Shown here in pieces: positions 25,268 through 32,000 of a stretch of DNA of 32,000 bases (its first letter is position 1; every line of letters begins with the position of its first letter). The notes below the pieces were generated by a model. The model was not told the DNA's origin. It saw only the letters and a program-made list of their open reading frames with translations, and ran no database searches. This stretch comes from Staphylothermus hellenicus DSM 12710 (GTDB lineage Archaea; Thermoproteota; Thermoprotei_A; Sulfolobales; Desulfurococcaceae). The stretch covers positions 450,001 to 482,000 of the forward strand of contig NC_014205.1 of assembly GCF_000092465.1 (NCBI RefSeq), written 5' to 3'. Made by a program: the position numbers and the translations under genes.

Positions 25268-26413
25268 TTATAATTGGGAATTATTTCTCCTTAGCCATGA
25301 TAATAGTTGATCATGGGCTTTAGTCTTAGCTATTGATTTTGCTTTACTTGGTCCGGGATTTTTCATGTAGAACGCGTTTATTTCATATATTGTGCCATAA
25401 GCTTTTCTCTCAACAGCTATTTTACCTAGTCTTACAAGATCAACTAGTAGCCCTGCTAGTGCTGGGCTATCATTTATTCTAGCTACAACGTATAGTTCGT
25501 CTTTGAAATTGTTGAAGCTGAGATACTCTATTATCATAGCTACAAATTTCCTATCCCCTAGAGGCTCTAAGTATCCTGTAGGCCTAATATAGTTTGGAAC
25601 ATTATAGCCTAGTATATCCTCTACAATACTGCTCTTAGTTTTCTTCTTCATATTGTTTCTATCGGGCTGGTCAAGTGCTAGGAAATCAGTGTTCCCACCA
25701 ATATTGAACTGTGCTATATCCAGCACTCTTCTATTACGTTCACGTAGATGTTCTAGGAGATCAGCTGTTAGGGGGGTGGCTCCAGTTGCTCCATCATCTC
25801 CGAATACAACAGCATTACTTCTTCTAAATAATTCTATGAATCCCGGATCATTTGCTATTGGGGAAGGTATTGCATTTATAAATACTGCTGGTTTCACCCT
25901 TCTAGAATACTCGGCGACAGCGTATGCATATGCTTGGCTAGCACTTATTTTTCCCTCATCTATATTCTTCTCGATTTCCTCATCACTGCCAATAGCTTCA
26001 ACGGGTTCCGTGGTTATAACATTAATGAATACGTCTGCATCGAGAATTCTCCATTCATTAACTAAGTCATCAATAGCTTCTCTAAGACTTCTCCCCTTCT
26101 CTAATCCTTCAGCTTTAAAAGGCAGACCCTTTAAACTATCTAGGTGAATACCTCGTTTAACAACTATGTTTTTAAGAGTTTCAGGAACTTCTTGTTTCGG
26201 GAAAATATTTAATGCTATATCATATATTGTTTTACCTACTTTTTCATTATCTACATCATATGATCCAACAATTTCTATGTCTTTATATGGAATAGGTATT
26301 TTTCTCCCCAGTGGAACACCATAATCTGGTATAAGGTTTTGTTTTAATTTTTCAATACCAACTGCAAAATGGGTTCCAACAAGGCCTTGTCCAATAATTA
26401 CTACGCGGATCAT
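25268..26413 (-). CDS. ino1: myo-Inositol-1-phosphate synthase (archaeal MIPS)
   Basis: 381 aa. N-terminal Rossmann motif VVIIGQGLVGTH. The segments SASQAYAYAVA and FGDDGATGATPL match archaeal MIPS as I recall it (SASMLYAYAAL and AGNDGKTGETL in A. fulgidus). This is from memory, not a computed alignment. Confidence 0.75.
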   Translation of the reverse strand: MIRVVIIGQGLVGTHFAVGIEKLKQNLIPDYGVPLGRKIPIPYKDIEIVGSYDVDNEKVGKTIYDIALNIFPKQEVPETLKNIVVKRGIHLDSLKGLPFKAEGLEKGRSLREAIDDLVNEWRILDADVFINVITTEPVEAIGSDEEIEKNIDEGKISASQAYAYAVAEYSRRVKPAVFINAIPSPIANDPGFIELFRRSNAVVFGDDGATGATPLTADLLEHLRERNRRVLDIAQFNIGGNTDFLALDQPDRNNMKKKTKSSIVEDILGYNVPNYIRPTGYLEPLGDRKFVAMIIEYLSFNNFKDELYVVARINDSPALAGLLVDLVRLGKIAVERKAYGTIYEINAFYMKNPGPSKAKSIAKTKAHDQLLSWLRRNNSQL

Positions 26414-26436
26414 CTCAATACAACACCTACATGAAT

Positions 26437-26838
26437 CTAGCTAGTATTGTTGAGAGGTGTGGAGGGGCTGTGATTTGTTTCATCCATGGATTGATCAGGT
26501 GAACTAGTTTTTTCTCTAATAGAATGGCTTGGATCTAGTTTTGACAATGATTCCTTAATAATATTTATTCCTTGCTTGAAAGCTTCATATCCTTTCTCAG
26601 TGATCTTATAGTATTTATCGCCGTTGCCTATTTTCTTAATTAATCCTTCACGCTCCATTCTATAAATAACTGTATATGTGGTTATTGCTGGGACTTTAAT
26701 ACCGTATTCTTCTCTTAGATACTTTCTTGCATCATATCCTCTTATTTCTCCATGATCCATAATTATTTTTAATATATAGATCCATAGGTTTTCAACCGTT
26801 ATTTTCCGCTTTAATCTCTTGACTGCTTTAATTGTCAT
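26437..26838 (-). CDS. PadR-family winged-helix transcriptional regulator
   Basis: 133 aa. IRGYDARKYLREEYGIKVPAITTYTVIYRMEREGLIKK is typical of the PadR wHTH. Low-complexity S/P/N-rich tail. Confidence 0.7.
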   Translation of the reverse strand: MTIKAVKRLKRKITVENLWIYILKIIMDHGEIRGYDARKYLREEYGIKVPAITTYTVIYRMEREGLIKKIGNGDKYYKITEKGYEAFKQGINIIKESLSKLDPSHSIREKTSSPDQSMDETNHSPSTPLNNTS

Positions 26839-26908
26839 TGCTTAGAAGCCCCTCCTAACAATCAATATATAGAATATTTGTGGTTAAAAATATTTGTCTA
26901 GACAAATA

Positions 26909-28183
26909 TTAGGGGATGAGACGTGTTCTATCTCTCACAAAAAGTATTGCTTCACGAATATTTTCTAAACCAAGCATTTTCATCATTAAACGCTCAATAC
27001 CTAATCCAAAACCGCCATGTGGAGGCATACCGTATTTGAAAGCTTCCAGGTAAAATGCGAAGTCTTCAGGATTTAATCCTTTATCTTTCAAAGCAGATAC
27101 TAGTTTATCATATCTATGCTCTCTCTGACCACCACTAGCTATTTCCAAGCCTTTATAGTCTAGATCAAATTTTCTAGTATGATAACCATCTTCTTCACGC
27201 ATATAGTAGAATCCGGTTGATTGCCATGGGAATCCTATTATGAAGTATATCTTGTATCCTTTCTCCTCCATGATCTCTCCGAGTTTTTTCTCAGCTGCGT
27301 CACTAAGATCTTCTCCTTCTGAAACCTCTAATCCCTCAGAGCGAAGTAGATCTATTGCTTCCTCGAATCTCAGCCTCTTAAACGGTTTCTCAAGCTTCTC
27401 GATCTCGGTTCCCAGGATTTCTTGTTCTTCAACATAGTTTTTCCTTATATAGTCATTAATGTATACTATGAGGTCTTCAAGAGTATTTAATACGTCTTCA
27501 ACACCATTTATGAATCCTTGCTCGGCATCAATGCCCCATGACTCGTTTAGATGCCTTGTAGTGTTGAATTTTTCTGCTCTGAAATAAGGTGTTATCTCAA
27601 ATACTCTTGGGAACCCAGCTATAAGCATTTGTTTATATAATTGTGGGCTCTGGCTAAGATATGCTTTGTTGTCGAAATACTGGATGGGGAAGAGTGTTGC
27701 TCCACCTTCTGCACCAGCAGCTACTATTTTAGGTGTATGTATTTCTATGAATCCATTATTGTTAAAGTATTGTCTAGCTGCTTCAATAATGCCTGCTCTA
27801 ATACGGAAAACTGCTTTTTCAACAGGGTTTCGTACTAGTAGGTATCTATACTTGATCCTTGTATCTAGGAGAGCAGGCACTTTCCCAACTGTATCTACTG
27901 GTAAAGGCTCTAATGGTTCACTATATATCTCTAGTTTTCTAACAATATATTCTACTCCACGCTTACTCTTCTGTACAGGAGATTTTTCTCCTTCAAAACA
28001 TAGTGCTGTCCCTATACTGAGCTTCTTAGCTTTCTCAAATAGTTCAGGCTCCCGGTTCTTCTTCAATACTAATACATAGGGTTTCACACTAGTATTCCCA
28101 CTAACCTCAATAATTACAACTTTCCCAACAATTTTTAAACGAATAATCCACCCACAAATCCGCAAACCAATATCACCATCCAT
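26909..28183 (-). CDS. aspS: Aspartyl-tRNA synthetase, archaeal type (class IIb)
   Basis: Contains FRAEKFNTTRHLNESWGIDAEQGF and the C-terminal GGFGLGIERLMMKMLGLENIREAILFVRDRTRLIP. The start is taken at ATG 28183 (MDGDIGLRICGWI...), which has an AT-rich box about 26 nt upstream. The track ORF starts at a TTG at 28240. Confidence 0.85.
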   Translation of the reverse strand: MDGDIGLRICGWIIRLKIVGKVVIIEVSGNTSVKPYVLVLKKNREPELFEKAKKLSIGTALCFEGEKSPVQKSKRGVEYIVRKLEIYSEPLEPLPVDTVGKVPALLDTRIKYRYLLVRNPVEKAVFRIRAGIIEAARQYFNNNGFIEIHTPKIVAAGAEGGATLFPIQYFDNKAYLSQSPQLYKQMLIAGFPRVFEITPYFRAEKFNTTRHLNESWGIDAEQGFINGVEDVLNTLEDLIVYINDYIRKNYVEEQEILGTEIEKLEKPFKRLRFEEAIDLLRSEGLEVSEGEDLSDAAEKKLGEIMEEKGYKIYFIIGFPWQSTGFYYMREEDGYHTRKFDLDYKGLEIASGGQREHRYDKLVSALKDKGLNPEDFAFYLEAFKYGMPPHGGFGLGIERLMMKMLGLENIREAILFVRDRTRLIP

Positions 28184-28420
28184 TATGGGCTCTACATAGT
28201 TGAATGAATATTTCAATAATAAAACATTATCTACAACCAAAACAAGGTTGTTAATAAAACTCTAATAGTATAGTCTGCGTAAAACTATATTAGATACTCT
28301 ACTATGATCTATATAAAAGAGTTATATTTTATGAACAATTATTCAGTCTTAAAATAATATATAGGGAATCTCAATATTGTTATGGGTTAAAAAATATAAG
28401 GAATAAAACAATAAATATAT

Positions 28421-28605
28421 ACTGGCCAACCGCCTACGCCTCCAGGTCCCGGGCCCCCGGGCAAAGATGAAGCTTGACATTAAGTAATGATGTCAAGAAG
28501 ATAGCCCGGGGATACTCCACCTGGAGGCGCCCCCTCGAGGAGGGGGTGGAGTCGGTGGTGGAGTTGCCTGGGCCGCCGGCTCCGTAGGCGGGCTAAAACA
28601 TTTTC
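28421..28605 (+). ncRNA. GC-rich three-way-junction RNA candidate of unknown family
   Basis: About 63% G+C by hand count, in an AT-rich context. The closing stem 28430-28438/28583-28591 encloses three hairpins. Hairpin A has stems 28439-28447/28519-28527, 28455-28461/28505-28511 and 28473-28480/28490-28497. Hairpin B is 28530-28536/28540-28546. Hairpin C is 28549-28558/28573-28582. G-U wobbles exist only on the + strand. An AAAAATATAAGG box sits about 25 nt upstream. The 3' tail is GCTAAAACATTTT. Confidence 0.45.
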
Positions 28606-28636
28606 TATAAAGCTGTTATCTCTAAGAGCTATACAG

Positions 28637-28644
28637 TTTAAATA
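28637..28644 (+). promoter_or_regulatory. TATA box TTTAAATA for L35Ae (leaderless)
   Basis: Centred about 27 nt upstream of ATG 28668. Confidence 0.45.
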
Positions 28645-28667
28645 CTGGGGCATGGGAGGGCTTCCCA

Positions 28668-28940
28668 ATGATCCGTGTCCCAGGTTTAATAATGAGTTTT
28701 CGTAGAGGGCCCAGGCATCAATATAATAGGCAGGTTCTCATCAAAATCCTAGATGAAAATATTCCTAGAAAAAGCCTTGTCGGTGCTAAGGTAGAGTATG
28801 TTGATAAATATGGCAACAAATACACTGGTAGAATAACTAGGGGTCACGGGAAAGGATGGAATAATGTATATAGAGCAATTTTTTATCACGGATTACCAGG
28901 TCAAGCAATCAATTCTAGAGCATTTGTGATCAAGAAATAA
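28668..28940 (+). CDS. rpl35ae: Ribosomal protein L35Ae (eL33)
   Basis: 90 aa. The SFRRGPRHQYNRQVLIKI...GAKVEY...GRITRGHGKGWNNVYRAIF pattern matches the archaeal/eukaryotic L35Ae family. Confidence 0.8.
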   Translation: MIRVPGLIMSFRRGPRHQYNRQVLIKILDENIPRKSLVGAKVEYVDKYGNKYTGRITRGHGKGWNNVYRAIFYHGLPGQAINSRAFVIKK

Positions 28941-29044
28941 CTTCTCATTAAACAATATTAACAGCTGTAGAAACCCCTCTTTAAAAACCCTGCATTTATT
29001 TATTGGAGACCCACCAATAATGTATTCACTGGTGCAATGCTGTT

Positions 29045-29872
29045 TTGCCGAGGAAGAAGAAGACTAGACACGGGAAACATAAGACATTACTGGATTATTT
29101 CTCTAAATTTGAAGAGCCAAATAAACAAGTAGCTAATGGTATAGGATCGAATCCTACTGGTTCCAATAATAAATCTGCTGGGAAAAATATGGGGGAGTCC
29201 TTGGAAAAACGGGTTTCTGAGAAGACTTTAGGGGTGGAACCGGGGGGTTCCTCCCCAGAACAAATAGATCAATCAACAAAAAATCAACAAGTTGAAAAGA
29301 ATAATAAGAATGAACTATTAGAATTGCTCAGCATCCTGGAAACAGGTAAGAAGAAAACAAATAAACAAGTAGAAAATATGGAAGACTTTAAGCCATCATC
29401 TGTTTCCTTTCTAGACAAGAATATAAATATTGCTTTTGAAGGAAGCATAATAGATGTTGATCTGGGACAGCTCAGGCTACCAACCGGTAAGATATTGGAG
29501 GAGATATTTGAGAAGGGTCTTGGAAAAGATGATGTCACATGTTATAATAATGGTAAATGCAGTGATGGAGTAAGCATTGGGGAAACATATACTGATAAAT
29601 ACGGTTTTCTCAGACAGCGAGGATACATTAACACTACTAGGCTACCCGTATATATGGATTGGATTGTTGAGGAAGGAATAGTAAAACCCATACTTGAAAG
29701 AGCCTACGGGTTAAAAACCAATCGTGGAGCAGTAGCATTAATACCTGAAGATTACCTATGCGAGCTCCAACTACGATACGGCATAAAATTATTGAACTTT
29801 GATAAGTGTAAAGGACATAAATCTATTGTTGAATGGGGAATAAAGACTACTAGACGTAAGCGTAGGAAGTAG
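29045..29872 (+). CDS. Basic hypothetical protein with an N-terminal PIP-box-like motif
   Basis: 275-aa ORF with a TTG start. N-terminus is MPRKKKTRHGKHKTLLDYFSKF. Low-complexity middle, a Cys-containing C-terminal domain, and an RRKRRK tail. Confidence 0.55.
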   Translation: MPRKKKTRHGKHKTLLDYFSKFEEPNKQVANGIGSNPTGSNNKSAGKNMGESLEKRVSEKTLGVEPGGSSPEQIDQSTKNQQVEKNNKNELLELLSILETGKKKTNKQVENMEDFKPSSVSFLDKNINIAFEGSIIDVDLGQLRLPTGKILEEIFEKGLGKDDVTCYNNGKCSDGVSIGETYTDKYGFLRQRGYINTTRLPVYMDWIVEEGIVKPILERAYGLKTNRGAVALIPEDYLCELQLRYGIKLLNFDKCKGHKSIVEWGIKTTRRKRRK

Positions 29873-29936
29873 TAAGAAAGTAGTAAGAAGAGAAGAAAGA
29901 AAATAATAAAAAGTAATAATAAAAAATATTTGATCC

Positions 29937-30293
29937 TTATTGTTCTGGAGGCTTGTAATATGTTTTTGGCATTGCCATATCGCTCATTAGTCTAGGTGTT
30001 CTTCTCCTTCTTCTACGCCTTGTTTTCCTAGGTATCCACTTCATATCTGGTGTTCCAAGGCTTCCATCTGGAAACTCTATGATTGCTCCAAGTGCTAGTA
30101 GGTGGTTAACTGCTTTCCTAAGTCTGTCCTCACCAGCTATGCCGCTAAACTCTTTGATTAGTTCGTCGAAGAACATTGGTCGGCCTTTCTCCTTGATGGT
30201 TTCTAGCACCATTTCCGGTAATTCTTCGTCTCTGGGGGCTAATGCTACTATTACTTCTTGGTCTTCGTAAACAATTTTTTTAATGCGAGGCAT
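29937..30293 (-). CDS. Small winged-helix-like protein with an arginine-rich tail
   Basis: 118 aa. MFFDELIKEFSGIAGEDRLRKAVNHLLALGAIIEFPDG resembles a wHTH. Followed by RKTRRRRRRRTPR. Confidence 0.6.
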   Translation of the reverse strand: MPRIKKIVYEDQEVIVALAPRDEELPEMVLETIKEKGRPMFFDELIKEFSGIAGEDRLRKAVNHLLALGAIIEFPDGSLGTPDMKWIPRKTRRRRRRRTPRLMSDMAMPKTYYKPPEQ

Positions 30294-30331
30294 ATTCTAC
30301 CACCTGGAAATATTTTCTCTATGTTTTATAG

Positions 30332-30403
30332 TGGGAACGATTATATATAAATCCTTTGTTGGAACAATCCCACTAAAATGTATTGGAACGATCATATATT
30401 TTC
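30332..30403. promoter_or_regulatory. Repeated GGAAC motif overlapping TATA-like boxes in the divergent intergenic region
   Basis: GGAACGATTATATAT (30334-30348) and GGAACGATCATATAT (30385-30399), plus a GGAACAATCCCAC copy at 30361-30373. GTGGGA (30331-30336) and TCCCAC (30368-30373) form an inverted pair. Confidence 0.4.
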
Positions 30404-30557
30404 ACGTATTTATAAAGAACAAATAATATGTATCGCCGAATTTATTAAACCTGGTAGTCATCAATTTGTAGTAGCGTAGAATAATTGTTTCTAAGGAGGT
30501 GGCTTCACTATTCCAAAAACAGATCTCCTGGCTCGTAAGGGTTCAAAAATATTATTG

Positions 30558-32000
30558 ATGGGTAATGAAGCAATAGCTCGGGGAGCATTAGAGGCTGGAA
30601 TATGTTTTGCATCAGCATATCCGGGAACACCATCAACAGAGATAGTTGAGAGCTTAGCTAGTGTTGCTAAGAAGGCTGGAATATATGTTGAGTGGAGCAC
30701 TAATGAGAAAGTCGCTTTTGAAGCCGCATATGCTGCAGCCATCAGCCATGTTAGAAGCTTAGTGGCGATGAAGCATGTTGGTGTAAATGTTGCAGCAGAT
30801 ATATTGATGAGCAGCGGATACGCTGGAACAAACGCTGGATTCGTAGTTGTATCAGCAGATGATCCGGGACAGCATAGTAGCCAGAATGAACAAGATAATA
30901 GATGGTATGGAATGATATCACATATACCAGTAGTTGAGCCAAGCAGTCCTAGAGAAGCATATAAACTGGTAAAGGAAGCATATAGGTTAAGCGAGAAATA
31001 TAAGCACCCAGTAATCTTTAGATCAACGACGAGGATTAGCCATACCCGTCAACCCGTACTCTTAGAAGAAGATATCCCAGCAGAGAAAAAATGCAGAGGA
31101 AAATTTGAGAGAACCATTGAGAGATGGGTGCTTGTTCCAGCGCATGGTAGGAAACAGAAGCGTAGAATGATGAGTGTATGGAAACAGGTTAGGGAGGAAG
31201 AGGGGCATCCACCATTTATAACAGTATTTAATCCTGGAAGGAGAAAAGTTGTTGTAGCGGATGGAATAGCTTATACACATGTAGCGGAAGCATTGGAGCT
31301 CATGGGTAAAACAGATGAATACACAGTTGTAAAGGTAAATCTACCGGTTCCTCTACCATATAAACCCCTGGTTGAAGCACTACAGGATGCTAAACAGGTA
31401 TTGATAGTTGAGGAGCTTGATCCAGTTGTTGAGATGCAGGTTAAACAAATAATGTATGAGAACGGTTTAGCAGTTGATCTACATGGCAAAGACTTTGTTC
31501 CCGAAAATGGAGAACTAGACCTAGACACAGTTTATAGAAGCATAGCAATGTTTGAGGGAAGAGAACCAGCTGCTCCATGGGAACCCATGAAACCACTAGA
31601 TCTAACCCCTAAAATACCTCCTAGACCACCAGTTATGTGTCCTGGTTGTCCACATAGAAACACATTCTATATTGTAAAAGTAGCAGCTAATAAGGCTCGT
31701 TTAAAGAATCCAATATTTACAGGCGATATTGGATGCTATACTCTGGGTTATCAAAAACCATTCTATACACAAATGACCAGCTTCGAGATGGGTGGAAGCA
31801 TAGGTGTAGCTCATGGGCTCAGCAAAGTTGTTGACGAACCAGTAGTGGCTGTTATTGGTGATTCAACATTTTATCATGCAGGAATACCTGGATCAATAAA
31901 TATTGCCTATAACAAGGGTAAAGCAGTGGTCTTGGTCCTAGACAACTATTATACAGCAATGACTGGCCACCAACCCCATCCTGGAACAGGAAAAACTGCT
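30558..32000 (+). CDS. iorA: Indolepyruvate:ferredoxin oxidoreductase alpha subunit, 5' part (runs off the window)
   Basis: My own translation, since the ORF is not in the track (no stop in the window): LLMGNEAIARGALEAGICFASAYPGTPSTEI, DDPGQHSSQNEQD, MCPGCPHRNTFY, GDIGCYTLG, YYTAMTGHQPHPGTG. In-frame starts are TTG 30555 or ATG 30558. A stop at 30492-30494 closes the frame upstream. Confidence 0.85.
   Translation, partial: MGNEAIARGALEAGICFASAYPGTPSTEIVESLASVAKKAGIYVEWSTNEKVAFEAAYAAAISHVRSLVAMKHVGVNVAADILMSSGYAGTNAGFVVVSADDPGQHSSQNEQDNRWYGMISHIPVVEPSSPREAYKLVKEAYRLSEKYKHPVIFRSTTRISHTRQPVLLEEDIPAEKKCRGKFERTIERWVLVPAHGRKQKRRMMSVWKQVREEEGHPPFITVFNPGRRKVVVADGIAYTHVAEALELMGKTDEYTVVKVNLPVPLPYKPLVEALQDAKQVLIVEELDPVVEMQVKQIMYENGLAVDLHGKDFVPENGELDLDTVYRSIAMFEGREPAAPWEPMKPLDLTPKIPPRPPVMCPGCPHRNTFYIVKVAANKARLKNPIFTGDIGCYTLGYQKPFYTQMTSFEMGGSIGVAHGLSKVVDEPVVAVIGDSTFYHAGIPGSINIAYNKGKAVVLVLDNYYTAMTGHQPHPGTGKTA

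Noticed and set aside
20816-28079. Plus-strand ORFs antisense to the ABC transporter, MIPS and aspS genes
   Set aside because: The sense-strand genes carry diagnostic motifs. The antisense ORFs are low-complexity and overlap them completely.
28480-28668. 62-aa minus-strand ORF
   Set aside because: It sits entirely on the GC-rich hairpin region, has Pro/Gly/Arg-rich composition typical of translated GC-rich RNA genes, and has no start context.
30491-31528. Four minus-strand ORFs (63-85 aa)
   Set aside because: They are antisense to the iorA reading frame. That frame is absent from the track only because it has no stop inside the window.

Overview
AT-rich archaeal chromosomal window, probably crenarchaeal and Desulfurococcales-like. 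Evidence for this: ribosomal protein L35Ae, an archaeal-type AspRS, TATA-like boxes about 25 nt upstream of start codons (leaderless mRNAs), and CRISPR repeats ending in ATTGAAAG. Content from left to right. (i) A + strand three-gene module (membrane-anchored coiled-coil protein, beta-helix/bactofilin-like protein, zinc-ribbon protein) faces a - strand operon. That operon holds a Hanks-type Ser/Thr kinase and an anchored secreted protein, and both look frameshifted. (ii) About 1.2 kb of non-coding DNA with GC-rich, hairpin-dense islands (candidate ncRNAs), followed by a 381-aa orphan ORF. (iii) A fragmented, decaying CRISPR array at 8939-9084 and 10849-11070, with weaker traces to 11731. It is interrupted by a vapB/truncated-vapC cassette and by a 314-aa ORF with a striking intragenic G+T to A+C composition gradient. 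(iv) A compact five-gene type III (Csm-like) effector operon on the - strand, in the order csm2-csm3-csm4-csm5-cas10. The window contains no cas6, no adaptation genes and no recognisable CARF effector; a divergent 220-aa orphan sits next to the operon. (v) Housekeeping genes: thioredoxin-like protein, MoaB, a CUT1-type sugar ABC transporter operon, myo-inositol-1-phosphate synthase, a PadR regulator, AspRS, a roughly 180-nt GC-rich three-way-junction RNA candidate, L35Ae, two basic orphan proteins, and the 5' part of indolepyruvate:ferredoxin oxidoreductase alpha, which runs off the window. All functional calls rest on motif recognition by eye. No database or covariance-model search was run, so family names are hypotheses of varying strength.
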